Under the pieces are notes generated by a model. The model searched no databases and was not told the DNA's origin. It worked only from the letters and a program-made list of their open reading frames with translations. From Sphingobacteriales bacterium (GTDB lineage: Bacteria > Bacteroidota > Bacteroidia > UKL13-3), in the NCBI GenBank assembly GCA_021298155.1, contig JAJTEN010000002.1:10580-74579 (forward strand): a DNA stretch of 64,000 nucleotides. Direction: 5' to 3'. The position numbers were made by a program, and so were the translations under genes. Positions 32,150 to 42,427 of the stretch are shown in pieces. Position 1 is the first letter of the stretch. Each line of letters opens with the position of its first letter.

Positions 32150-33871
32150 CTAGAAAAATAAATTATAAAGTACCGAAAGCCTATTTATTCCATATTGGTT
32201 TTGTGGCATTAGCTCATTGTTCCAATTTACCTGTTGCCACTGAATTTTAAGGCAATTATGCTTACTAAATTGATAGTTTAATCCACTTAAAAATAGGGTT
32301 TCTTTTAAATCGTAATTACTTCTTTCATAAAATACAATTTGATTAAACGCATTTCTAGTAGGCATAAATTCATTCCCTTTTGCTTGAACCAATAACAAGC
32401 CCATTTGTAAATGTAATTTTGGAACTAATTCATAAGATACACCAAGCTTTATCTGACTTGCATTCAATTCTATTTCCTCAATATTTTTTATTCCCTCACG
32501 TTGGGTATTTTGAAGGCGATAAAACACGCTTAGGTTCAGCCTACGTTTGCCATTGTAAAAATGGTTGATATTGCTGTTTGCATCCCATTGAATCTCTGAA
32601 AAATTTCGCAAATTTAGCGTGCCTTGTCCGCTTATTTCATTATAGCGCGCCACACGGATATTGCTTACAAATAAACCTAGTTGTACTTTAGATCTAAATC
32701 CAATTTCTCCTTGTATACCTTGTCTATTTGGCGTTGCATGGCCATAAGGCAAAATATTTTCATAAACAGGATTAAACCCTTGAAGATTGGGAGTTAAAAA
32801 TAGGTTATAATAATTTCCATCTGTTAGTATATCTAACATATTGGCAGGTCGCACACTTTCTCTATTGGTATAATATGCGTATTCACTGGCAACTGCATTA
32901 AAATCTACCCTTCTACTTTGTGCACCCATACTTCTAAAATGGGTTTCTACTCTATTGGCATGCAACTTTACATGCCATACTTTAGACGGATTAAACGTTA
33001 AACTTGCAGTGGCAAAATTGCCCCTTGGAATATTGGGAGCAGCTAGCATATTTTCATAAGCCACTTTGGAAAAACCAGCCTCGCCACTCAATTTAAATTG
33101 AAATTGTTTGATAGAAAAACTTTCTGTAAGTCCGAAACTATGCACCGTATTACTAAACCTAGCATCAGAAAACATCGCAGATTCTCTAACATCAAAAATA
33201 TGGGCCAAATTATACTGTAATCCCAGATTCTTAAACAGCGTGATGTCGGCACTAGCGCCAGAAAATAGCCGATCTGGCGTACTAAAATAATCGGTTTGGC
33301 GATTTTTGGCAATCATTCCTTTTATTTTCATGGAATTAAATACCTCATTAAACTTAAATCCAAAATCTATCTGCGCACCTTGCTGTCGCCAAGAATTTTC
33401 TCCATAAAATTTATCATAGGCAATCACTTCCGAAAAAGTGTTTAATGCCTCTGGATTGTGATGCGATAATTCACCTTCAGAATTGTACAAGGTAAAAGGT
33501 GTCATACGGGTATTTAAATCTCCAACTTGGTATTTAAACTTTTTTAACAACAAGCCACGTAAATACAATTCACGCACATTCATTACAATACCTCCTCCCC
33601 AAAACCCATTAATATCATTGGTAACACGCGTTATGGCCTTAATTTCAGTTTCGGCGCTAGGCTTAATATGAAAACCCAAATCAAACAGGGTACTGCCGCG
33701 CATCTGCTTTCTTGGTGTAACCGAATCGGTGTTTAATAAGGCTCCATGTATACTGCCATTATTTAAAGCAAAACGGCCCGATCCAAAAAAATCTATTTTC
33801 TTTTCTTGGGCCACCAATAGATTGGGTAGCATAAGAAGTATATAGATAAAATAGGTAATGTGTCTTTTCAT
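32150..33871 (-). CDS. Uncharacterised outer-membrane beta-barrel-like protein B
   Basis: Signal peptide, amphipathic strands, C-terminal LSVLYNLFF; no TonB plug or TPR signature recognisable. Confidence 0.7.
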   Translation of the reverse strand: MKRHITYFIYILLMLPNLLVAQEKKIDFFGSGRFALNNGSIHGALLNTDSVTPRKQMRGSTLFDLGFHIKPSAETEIKAITRVTNDINGFWGGGIVMNVRELYLRGLLLKKFKYQVGDLNTRMTPFTLYNSEGELSHHNPEALNTFSEVIAYDKFYGENSWRQQGAQIDFGFKFNEVFNSMKIKGMIAKNRQTDYFSTPDRLFSGASADITLFKNLGLQYNLAHIFDVRESAMFSDARFSNTVHSFGLTESFSIKQFQFKLSGEAGFSKVAYENMLAAPNIPRGNFATASLTFNPSKVWHVKLHANRVETHFRSMGAQSRRVDFNAVASEYAYYTNRESVRPANMLDILTDGNYYNLFLTPNLQGFNPVYENILPYGHATPNRQGIQGEIGFRSKVQLGLFVSNIRVARYNEISGQGTLNLRNFSEIQWDANSNINHFYNGKRRLNLSVFYRLQNTQREGIKNIEEIELNASQIKLGVSYELVPKLHLQMGLLLVQAKGNEFMPTRNAFNQIVFYERSNYDLKETLFLSGLNYQFSKHNCLKIQWQQVNWNNELMPQNQYGINRLSVLYNLFF

Positions 33872-33872
33872 A

Positions 33873-35798
33873 CTAAAAAAATACTTTAAGTTCTATGGTG
33901 GTTTCTGTTCCCTTTATCTGGTCTTTTACAAAGCTCTTATCTTGCTGATTAAACCACCTTCTTCGAGCATATAAATAGGTATTGTTGCTTATTCTATAAT
34001 CCATTCCCAATCCAAATAAAGTTCCTTCTTGATTAACCGGATCATTAGCCAAACTCCCCAATATTCCATCCACATTATCACCTCTATTTAGCTGATTATT
34101 TCCTTTAATATATTCTTTACCATAAGTACTTACCAAACTTAAAGAATTACTCAGTTTAAATATAGCATCTAACTCATGATAATGCGTTCTTAATAGCGCT
34201 TTATTTCCATTTATAGGTATCAGGCTAAAGCCTTCCTGAGCCGAACCAAATGAACCCACGTAGAGCAAATAAAACGGAAGAAATGAATTGTTAATATACT
34301 GCTTTATTTGAACCTGAAGCATGGTAAAGCCTAATAAAGATTTTGGTAATCCTATACTGTTGGTATCAGTAATAAACATACTTTGAGAGAATCCTCTGAA
34401 ATAACTAGTCCAATTGCCATAAGCACCAATATTATTGGTAAACGGACTAAACCTAGAAAAGGGTAAAGCATTTATTTTATGCCCAAACGCAAGCTCATTT
34501 CCCAAACTTCGTATTTCGGTTGCACACATGTTACCAATGTTTATTTTGCTGGTTTTTGTTATATCAAACCATGCATTTACACTAAATCCTTTTCGATTAC
34601 TACTAACCTGTCCAACGTCGGTAATAGAACCCGCAAAGTTGCTGATACCGCCGCTTCCTCCTAAGGTAGAACCGCTTTGGTTCACGGCAGCAGAACTTAC
34701 AATATTGGTATTGCCGCTTAAAAAATTGCCATAATAATTTATAAACTCCGGACTCACATAAAATCCTTCAAGCTCTATCGGAACAAAGGTATACTTCTTA
34801 GGTGAACGAATACTTAATCGCGCTGCATTCCCCCATCCAGCCTCTTGTACCTCAGAATATAACCTTCCCCTTCCAAATTCTGTAGTTATTTTAAAATCCT
34901 TAATGGTGCCATCATAGCTTAAGGTGTGCAACTGTATTCCAGCTTCCTCTTTTGCTATAGAATCTGGATACAACCTGTAATCTATAAATTGTGCGCCAAA
35001 AGTATGGTCTCCTAGCTTTTTCCTGATTCTACCTCCCATTGTATAAGAAGGAATTTGATTGGTAAGAAAGGCTTGAGCTGGAGTGGTTCCATATAACAAG
35101 CGAAGTTCAATATTCCCCGGCAATTCCTGACCATCTACCATCAAACCTCTGAACGGCTGCATACCAAATCGCATGTCTCTGCTAATGTTGCCGTAGTTAT
35201 AATAGTTAGAGGCTCGGTCAAATGAAACTTCATTACCTTCCCAAGGCCAACGTTCATAAATACTAAATCTTTGATAGCCAACAAAACTACTAAATACCAT
35301 TCCGCTTAATTCAATCCAATTAATACCGCCCATGTGCGCAGTAAACTTCCCAATATCTGTTTGTATGCTGCCCGTAAGGTTTATTCCCAAATTCAAATTC
35401 ATTGGACTCTCACCTGGCCTACCCGAAAAATTATGGTAGAGGGCGTAATCCATACCAATGTATGTTTTTGAAGTTGGCTGAACCGAAACATTAAGTAACA
35501 TCAGCGGAGGATCACGGTATACGTCGCCTGTGCCCAACACAAAAGCTGGCGCACTTGCGTAGGGATTTCCCGGAATAACGATAAACGCTTGTTCTAAACT
35601 TCGATTAATTCCGAAAAAGCGATAGTAGCCCCCAACGCTTAATTTTTTCAATGGTAATATATCTGCCTTGCCCGAGGAAATTGGGCGGTCTTGCATACTC
35701 GTATCTTGCTCCTGTGCAGCTACAAAACATGGACCCATCAGGCAAAAAATCACCTGAATGATGTAAAAATAAATGCGCAGCCTGGCTTTCAATGACAT
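33873..35798 (-). CDS. Uncharacterised outer-membrane beta-barrel-like protein A
   Basis: Signal peptide, amphipathic strands, C-terminal TTIELKVFF; distantly similar to the next gene. Confidence 0.7.
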   Translation of the reverse strand: MSLKARLRIYFYIIQVIFCLMGPCFVAAQEQDTSMQDRPISSGKADILPLKKLSVGGYYRFFGINRSLEQAFIVIPGNPYASAPAFVLGTGDVYRDPPLMLLNVSVQPTSKTYIGMDYALYHNFSGRPGESPMNLNLGINLTGSIQTDIGKFTAHMGGINWIELSGMVFSSFVGYQRFSIYERWPWEGNEVSFDRASNYYNYGNISRDMRFGMQPFRGLMVDGQELPGNIELRLLYGTTPAQAFLTNQIPSYTMGGRIRKKLGDHTFGAQFIDYRLYPDSIAKEEAGIQLHTLSYDGTIKDFKITTEFGRGRLYSEVQEAGWGNAARLSIRSPKKYTFVPIELEGFYVSPEFINYYGNFLSGNTNIVSSAAVNQSGSTLGGSGGISNFAGSITDVGQVSSNRKGFSVNAWFDITKTSKINIGNMCATEIRSLGNELAFGHKINALPFSRFSPFTNNIGAYGNWTSYFRGFSQSMFITDTNSIGLPKSLLGFTMLQVQIKQYINNSFLPFYLLYVGSFGSAQEGFSLIPINGNKALLRTHYHELDAIFKLSNSLSLVSTYGKEYIKGNNQLNRGDNVDGILGSLANDPVNQEGTLFGLGMDYRISNNTYLYARRRWFNQQDKSFVKDQIKGTETTIELKVFF

Positions 35799-35881
35799 TG
35801 AATTATGCTGCTAACTTCATCATAATAATTCGAAAAACATTTTTTTTAAACCCTACTCACTTACATCAATCAAATATTATT

Positions 35882-35900
35882 CTACTACATTGCTACTACA
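35882..35900 (-). promoter_or_regulatory. Direct-repeat operator CTACTACA-N3-CTACTACA
   Basis: Perfect 8-mer repeat at 11-bp period between the regulator and the operon; identical site at 41768-41786. Confidence 0.75.
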
Positions 35901-35966
35901 AAATTTGCCAAATTACTGATTGTAAAATATTTATTACTTGACAAGGACGCTCAATTTTCATACCTT

Positions 35967-38849
35967 ATGCCACTAATTGATCACCACCAAATGCCAAAAA
36001 AAGGGATATATTTACTATTTTATTGTTTCGTGCTTGGCATACTAAAACTGGCATCACAACCCATCAATACAGCTCCCTTGGTTAAAAACTATACCAAACA
36101 AATGTATCAAGGTGGAACACAAACTTGGGACATTTGTGAAGATCATAAAGGGCTAGTTTTCTTTGCAAATAATAATGGACTACTCCTTTTCGATGGACGA
36201 GCATTTACTAATTTTCCATTACCCGGTAAAACCATTCTTCGTTCTATTTTATATGATTCTATCTCTCACAGAATTTATGCTGGTGGGCAAAATGAAATAG
36301 GATATTATGGATATACCGAAAGTGGCAACTTACATTTCGTTTCCCTCGCTCATTTACTCCCCAAAGAATATAAAGGTTTTGAAGATGTTTGGACCATTTT
36401 ACAGAAAAATGGAATCATCTACTTTCAAACCAGTAAAACCATTTTTGCATTTCAAAATAATAAAATGAGTTTGCTAAAACCTAGCGAACAATCGCTAGAA
36501 AAAATGCAAATAGCCAATCAAAAACTATACGTTTATGATGCTGCTGGCGCCGTTTTTGAACTTGAAAATATCGCTTTTAAACAAATTATTCCAGCTAGCA
36601 ACTTAGACATATCCGCAATCGTTGATTTAAATAGCCAAACCCTACTTATTTGTACCTATAAAAATGGCTTGTTTGTTTACAAAAACAATATCCTGAGTAA
36701 AGCACCTTTCAATGATGAAGAATTGAAAAATTTTAGGATATATAGGGCCTGTAAATATGGTAATAAAATTGTAATCGGAACAAGCAGATCTGGTATTTTC
36801 TTTCTAGATGAAAATGGCAACATAATCTCTAAAATGAATATTCAAACCGGACTCCAAAACAACAATGTGCTGAGTTTATTCGCAGATAAAAATAATAATC
36901 TTTGGCTCGGCCTAGATAATGGAATTGATTTACTACGACTTAATTATCCTTTTGCATACATTTACCCCGACGGCATTTTAAAGGGTACTGGCTACTCTAT
37001 GACCAATTTCCAAGGTAAAGATTACTTTGGAACAAATAACGGACTATATGAACACCTGGCAGGCGAAAATTTTAAACTGATAAAAAATACAGAAGGTCAA
37101 GTCTGGAGCGTTCAACAAATTCAACAAAAACTATTTGTTTCACACCATGAAGGCTTGTTTGAAGTAATCGCAAATGAAGCCATCAAAATTGCAGACATTA
37201 GGGGCTGTTGGAAAATTTTAGAATTAAAAAATAAGCCTGGCTACTTTATAGTTGGTACCTATAATGGTATTAGTGTCTACAAATGGACTAACAATAGCTT
37301 ATCATTTGTAGCTAAGCCTTCAAACTTCAAAGAATCTAGCCGCTTTATTGAGGAAGATGAAAACGGAAATATTTGGGTAGGTCACCCCTATAAAGGCCTC
37401 TACAAACTAACATTAAATTCAAATTTTACGCAAATTCTAGAAGCTAAGCGGTATGGAAAAGCCCAAAAACTACCGGCTGAAACAGAGAATTTAGTATTTA
37501 ACTTAGGTAATGGCATTTGCTTTACCAGTAATGAGGGTGTATTTCAATACAATTCGGCTTTAGATGGCTTTGAACCCATTAAAATATTTGGGGGGATATT
37601 TAATAAAAATCAAAACTATAAGCGAATCATTCCGGGTAAAAACGGCAAGTTATGGGTTATTCAAAATCAAGAAATTTCATTTATTAAACAATCCTACAAT
37701 GGGGTAGATTATTCTTATGAGAAAAAAGCTATCCCAAAAATGGATCAAAATTTAGTTGGTGGTTTCGAATTCTTGCAAGAATGCGAAGGAGATAATCTTT
37801 TTCTTGGAGTAGAAACTGGTTTTATGAAACTCAATTTGAAGCAAATGGAAACATTTGTCTTAGACCCGCCAAAGGTTATTATAACTCAAATAAACGGACT
37901 CACCTTGGCAGATAGTTCGTACTTTAAATGGATTGATAATACAACACCAAAATATAGCATTCCAGATCGGTCTATCGAATTTTGGTTCAGCTCAACGAAT
38001 GGAAACTTTTATAATGATTTAAGCTTTTCAACCTATTTAGCCGGATGGGATAAAACCTGGACGCCTTATAAAACAAGCAACAGCAGAGAGTTTAGCAGGC
38101 TATCATACGGAGATTATACGCTTCATGTAAAAGCGAAATGTATGGGTGTAGAGGGCCCGCCATTATTGCTAAAATTTAGTATTCCCGCTCCTTGGTATTG
38201 GAGCACTATAGCGAAAGTATTTTATGCTCTTTTTGCTATTCTTAGTATTTTACTGATTGGTTTTTACCCGCAGCGACTTGTTCGAAAAAAAGCTAGCCGA
38301 ATTATAGCCGAGAAGCAAGACCAATTTAACAAACAACGTGCAGATTTATTGCTGGAAAAAGAACATAAAGAAAAAGAATTAATTGCCCTCAAAAACCAAC
38401 AATTGCAAATTGAATTGGAACATCAAGGCAGAGAATTGGCTTCTTCCACTATGCACATCGTTCAAAAGAGTGAAATGCTCTTGAGCATCAAGGAAAAACT
38501 CAAAAAAATCAATAACCTCAGCAACGACCCAAAGATAAAACCAGAAATGAGTGAGCTCATTAAAACCATTGAGAAAGACACCCTCATTGATAAAGACTGG
38601 GAAAAGTTTGAACTCTACTTTAATCAAGTTCATAATAGTTTTACCCAAAGTTTAAAATTACGTTTCCCGAGTTTATCTGCAAACGACATCAAAATGTGCT
38701 CTTATTTGCGGATGAATTTATCTACCAAAGAAATCGCGTCTATACTCAATATTACCACGCGAGGGGTAGAAGTAAGCAGATATCGCCTGAGAAAGAAAAT
38801 GGGCTTAGAAAATGGGGCAAATATTGGCGACTTTCTGAGCCAATTATAA
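35967..38849 (+). CDS. Membrane-spanning one-component sugar sensor/regulator (beta-propeller, Y_Y_Y, TM, LuxR-type HTH)
   Basis: Propeller repeats (LWLGLDNGI), YGDYTLHVKA, PWYWS plus TM, C-terminal LSTKEIASILNITTRGVEVSRYRLRKK. Confidence 0.9.
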   Translation: MPLIDHHQMPKKGIYLLFYCFVLGILKLASQPINTAPLVKNYTKQMYQGGTQTWDICEDHKGLVFFANNNGLLLFDGRAFTNFPLPGKTILRSILYDSISHRIYAGGQNEIGYYGYTESGNLHFVSLAHLLPKEYKGFEDVWTILQKNGIIYFQTSKTIFAFQNNKMSLLKPSEQSLEKMQIANQKLYVYDAAGAVFELENIAFKQIIPASNLDISAIVDLNSQTLLICTYKNGLFVYKNNILSKAPFNDEELKNFRIYRACKYGNKIVIGTSRSGIFFLDENGNIISKMNIQTGLQNNNVLSLFADKNNNLWLGLDNGIDLLRLNYPFAYIYPDGILKGTGYSMTNFQGKDYFGTNNGLYEHLAGENFKLIKNTEGQVWSVQQIQQKLFVSHHEGLFEVIANEAIKIADIRGCWKILELKNKPGYFIVGTYNGISVYKWTNNSLSFVAKPSNFKESSRFIEEDENGNIWVGHPYKGLYKLTLNSNFTQILEAKRYGKAQKLPAETENLVFNLGNGICFTSNEGVFQYNSALDGFEPIKIFGGIFNKNQNYKRIIPGKNGKLWVIQNQEISFIKQSYNGVDYSYEKKAIPKMDQNLVGGFEFLQECEGDNLFLGVETGFMKLNLKQMETFVLDPPKVIITQINGLTLADSSYFKWIDNTTPKYSIPDRSIEFWFSSTNGNFYNDLSFSTYLAGWDKTWTPYKTSNSREFSRLSYGDYTLHVKAKCMGVEGPPLLLKFSIPAPWYWSTIAKVFYALFAILSILLIGFYPQRLVRKKASRIIAEKQDQFNKQRADLLLEKEHKEKELIALKNQQLQIELEHQGRELASSTMHIVQKSEMLLSIKEKLKKINNLSNDPKIKPEMSELIKTIEKDTLIDKDWEKFELYFNQVHNSFTQSLKLRFPSLSANDIKMCSYLRMNLSTKEIASILNITTRGVEVSRYRLRKKMGLENGANIGDFLSQL

Positions 38850-38890
38850 AAAACAATGCGGCCACCTTTTTCAAGATGGCCGCACGTTTT
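38850..38890. terminator. Bidirectional terminator between convergent genes
   Basis: AAAAC..TGCGGCCA...TGGCCGCA..GTTTT hairpin. Confidence 0.7.
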
Positions 38891-38918
38891 ACAATTACCA
38901 AAACAAATTTTAGTTCTG

Positions 38919-41666
38919 TTATTCTACTACCAATTTTACTGTTTTAACAGATTGGTTCATAGAAACCTTAACAAGGTAAATTCCTTTTTCTAAGCCTTCA
39001 ATTGGCAATGCATATTCAAGTTTACCCGCAGCTAAATTACTTTGCTTAGTTACACTTGATCCAAGTAAATTGAAAATTTCAATGCTTAACGGCATGTTAG
39101 ATTCTTTTGGTAAACTCAATGTAAACATGCCAGAAGCTGGATTTGGATAAATAGACAATCCACCCAATACTTGCTCTTCCATACCAATTACCTCACAAAT
39201 TGTACAGGTATTCCAGCAATACGCACCCACCTTTACAGCAGAAGAATCACTGATTCTAACAAAACGATTGGTAAATGTGCCTGTAGTTCTTGTACATGGA
39301 TCGCCAGGGTTGAACTTCTCATCATCCACCCAATTGCCTATCGTATATTTAAACTCATAGCTACCAGTATCTAATCTTAATTTTACTTCATAAATATTAT
39401 TCCCTACCAATGTCATTGGCGTGCAATCTCCACACCAGCCATTAAATGAGCCATTTAGTGTTACACCTTTGCTCAAATCTCCCACGTAATCTTTCATGTT
39501 AACCCTGAAAGTTACCATTGATCTTGGTGCGGTCTTATCACAAGTTACACAGCTTTCCCAACAAACAAGTGGTAAGGTATCCTGCGGCTTGTTAGCTACT
39601 TTAAAAGTACGATTGGTGAAACCAAAAGCAGTTCTTGTACATGAACTTCCCTCAACTAAAATTTCTTGTGCCTTCCAGTTGCCAATTGCATATTTAAAAT
39701 CATAGCTAGAATCTTTGTCTAATAATACTGTAGCCATCCAAATATTGCTTGATCCTTGCTTTGTCATTGGTGTACAATTGCCACACCAGCCATTAAAGGT
39801 TCCATTAAGCGTTACGGTATCTGTTGCAGATAAATTATATTTAGACATATCTACTTGGAAACTTACATTAGATTTAGTAACAGCGCCACCCGAACAAGCA
39901 GAACAAGATTCCCAACAAACTGGTGCTAAATTGATATCACTATTCAAAGTATTTAAAACCCTGTTGGTATTAACTCCTGTAGTTTTTGTACATGGTAATG
40001 TGGTAGCCAAAGATTCCTGACTTACCCAATTGCCAATCGTATACTTGTATTCATACTCGGTGTTTTTATCCAAAGGAATGGTAATCGTCCATGATGAGGT
40101 GCCTGGTATTTTTGTCATTTTTGCACATGCACCACACCAGCCATTAAAAGTTCCGTTTATAGTAACTGTATCGCTTGCTGTTAAGGGTAGGTTCTTAACA
40201 TCTACCGTAAAGGTTACATTTACTTTAACAGGCGGTGGCGGTGTAATGCCTGAACCAAACTTCACGTCGTCAAAATAATAAGTCTTCTCTCCAGCTGTTT
40301 GGCCAGTTGTTCCGAAATTAAAGAAGATAGACAACATCTTGTAGGTATAGGTAAAATTGATAGGTGCAGTAGCTGTAACTTGATTTGCAAAATCAAAATC
40401 TAAAACTTCCCAAGAACCAGCTGTCTTAGTTCTAGCCTCTGTTTCTACACTTTTTGTTGGATCAGTAGGATCTTCTGCCTTCAATCTCACTGCAATTCCA
40501 CTGTCTGGCGACCAAACTCTAACATTTAATTTAGTAGACCCACTTACAAATGGAATAGCTTCTGCCAAACCAGTACTTGGGTTCATAGTAGTTCCTGCCC
40601 ATAACTGAGCAGTATTGGTTTTTATTACTTTAACTACTTTGTTCAGACTATTGGTTGGATCAGTAACAATACTGCTTGCATTGCCTCCAAAATCAGCCAA
40701 TACGTAATTCACATTACTTGAATCAAAGGTAATCGGTAATTTAACAGTTTGAAGCACAGGTGCACTCGGTGGCAACATTCTTACATTATCAAAATAATAT
40801 GTTTTTTCACCCGCAATGGCACCGGTTGTACCAAAATTAAAAAATACAGACAATTTGTTGTAAGCAAAAGTAAAGTTAATAGCAGGAGTTCCACTTGATT
40901 GATTTGTAAAGTCAAACTCTAAATCTTGCCAAACATTTGCCGCTGTTGTGCGTGTATCTGTTTCTACACTTTTGTTGGCATCGCTCGACATTTCAGCCTT
41001 AAGCTTCACCACTATTCCGCTATCTGGCGACCAAACACGAATTTTCATCTTGGTGGCATTACTTGCAAAAGGAATTGAGTTGTTAAACCCTGAACCTAAG
41101 CTTGTTCCAGCCCACGCTTGGGCAGAATTGGTTTTAATAACCTTGGCAACTTTGTTGCTTGAATCAGTTGGATCAACCACAACTGAACTTGCATTACCTC
41201 CAAAATCCAACAAATTGTAATTTACATTACTGCTATCAAAATTAATGGGTAAGGTCATAGCCTGCAAGGTTGGACAAGCTGAACAAGAGTTCCAACATAC
41301 CAATGACATGGTTGTATCTGCAGTAACAGTAACTTTACGGTTAGTAAATGTGCCTGAAGTTACTGTACAAGGAGAGCCACTTGCGAGCGACTCTTGTGCA
41401 TTCCAACCGCCAATTGTGTATTTAAATTCATGATTTCCAGAAGGAATTGAAAAGGTGCCCTGCCAAACATTGGTAGTCCCTTGCTTTACCAAAGGATTAC
41501 ATCTTCCACACCACGAATTCCAAGTTCCATTCACATAAACTGTATCATTTAAGTTTTGATACTGAGACATGTCTACCCTAAAGGTAACATTGAAGCTTTG
41601 TGCTTTTACTGCCCCGTAGGTTAGCAATAAAAGCATAAACATCGTCCATTTTGTAAAATTTCGCAT
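38919..41666 (-). CDS. Non-catalytic T9SS-secreted repeat protein (4 Cys-rich Ig/CBM-like repeats, 2 CBM-like repeats)
   Basis: V(T/S)FxV(D/N)...NG(T/S)(W/F)N(S/G)WCGxC...CWxxC four times; LPIxFDSSNVNY...GEKTYYFD twice; CTD IYPNP...GIYLVKV. Confidence 0.85.
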   Translation of the reverse strand: MRNFTKWTMFMLLLLTYGAVKAQSFNVTFRVDMSQYQNLNDTVYVNGTWNSWCGRCNPLVKQGTTNVWQGTFSIPSGNHEFKYTIGGWNAQESLASGSPCTVTSGTFTNRKVTVTADTTMSLVCWNSCSACPTLQAMTLPINFDSSNVNYNLLDFGGNASSVVVDPTDSSNKVAKVIKTNSAQAWAGTSLGSGFNNSIPFASNATKMKIRVWSPDSGIVVKLKAEMSSDANKSVETDTRTTAANVWQDLEFDFTNQSSGTPAINFTFAYNKLSVFFNFGTTGAIAGEKTYYFDNVRMLPPSAPVLQTVKLPITFDSSNVNYVLADFGGNASSIVTDPTNSLNKVVKVIKTNTAQLWAGTTMNPSTGLAEAIPFVSGSTKLNVRVWSPDSGIAVRLKAEDPTDPTKSVETEARTKTAGSWEVLDFDFANQVTATAPINFTYTYKMLSIFFNFGTTGQTAGEKTYYFDDVKFGSGITPPPPVKVNVTFTVDVKNLPLTASDTVTINGTFNGWCGACAKMTKIPGTSSWTITIPLDKNTEYEYKYTIGNWVSQESLATTLPCTKTTGVNTNRVLNTLNSDINLAPVCWESCSACSGGAVTKSNVSFQVDMSKYNLSATDTVTLNGTFNGWCGNCTPMTKQGSSNIWMATVLLDKDSSYDFKYAIGNWKAQEILVEGSSCTRTAFGFTNRTFKVANKPQDTLPLVCWESCVTCDKTAPRSMVTFRVNMKDYVGDLSKGVTLNGSFNGWCGDCTPMTLVGNNIYEVKLRLDTGSYEFKYTIGNWVDDEKFNPGDPCTRTTGTFTNRFVRISDSSAVKVGAYCWNTCTICEVIGMEEQVLGGLSIYPNPASGMFTLSLPKESNMPLSIEIFNLLGSSVTKQSNLAAGKLEYALPIEGLEKGIYLVKVSMNQSVKTVKLVVE

Positions 41667-41767
41667 AGTTTTTTTAATTATTGGTGTAAAAATAACCCCG
41701 AACCAAGCCTCACACAAATTTACCAACCCTACAATACTTTCACTTAATAACTATACGAAAAAACAAA

Positions 41768-41786
41768 CTACTACAATACTACTACA
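41768..41786 (-). promoter_or_regulatory. Direct-repeat operator CTACTACA-N3-CTACTACA
   Basis: Same as 35882; upstream of the TAAATTTG -7 box (41715-41722, minus strand). Confidence 0.75.
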
Positions 41787-41931
41787 TGTTTATGCAAAAT
41801 ATTGATTGATTGAGTTTTAGATTAAAATAATTGGGACAAAAAAATGGGCCAAAAGAATAGAAAAAGATGTCAAAATTAGTAACAAAATCAAAAAGATGGA
41901 TTAAAAGTAATCCCAAATTGATCTGTAAACT

Positions 41932-42423
41932 TTAATAGGCTTGTACCTCATTATGAAAAAATTCCAAACTTACGCCAGCTATTTTAAGCATTTCTTCGCT
42001 TTCTCCACCTGCATGGTATTTTCTTTCACAAACTACGCGCTTAATTCCGCAGTTAATAATCAGCATGGCACAAACCCTGCATGGTGTCATCCTACAATAT
42101 AAAGTAGAGCCTTCTAAAGCTACTCCATTTTTTGCAGCTTGACATATCGCATTCTGCTCTGCATGAACAGTTCTCACACAATGTTGGGTAATACTGTCGT
42201 CTTCGTGAATCATTTTTTTCATTTGATGACCTACCTCATCACAATGAGGCAAACCAATTGGCGAACCAACATAACCTGTTACCAATAATTGGTTGTCTTT
42301 GGCTATTACACAGCCACTTCTTCCTCTTCCACAGGTGGCTCTTTTGCTTATTGCCTCCATCACCTCCATAAAATATTCATCCCAAGTTGGACGAATATAT
42401 TTTTCATCAATGCTTTTTTCCAT
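41932..42423 (-). CDS. Deoxycytidylate (dCMP) deaminase family protein
   Basis: RPTWDEYFM, HAEQNAI, PCRVC zinc motifs. Confidence 0.92.
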   Translation of the reverse strand: MEKSIDEKYIRPTWDEYFMEVMEAISKRATCGRGRSGCVIAKDNQLLVTGYVGSPIGLPHCDEVGHQMKKMIHEDDSITQHCVRTVHAEQNAICQAAKNGVALEGSTLYCRMTPCRVCAMLIINCGIKRVVCERKYHAGGESEEMLKIAGVSLEFFHNEVQAY

Positions 42424-42427
42424 TCTA

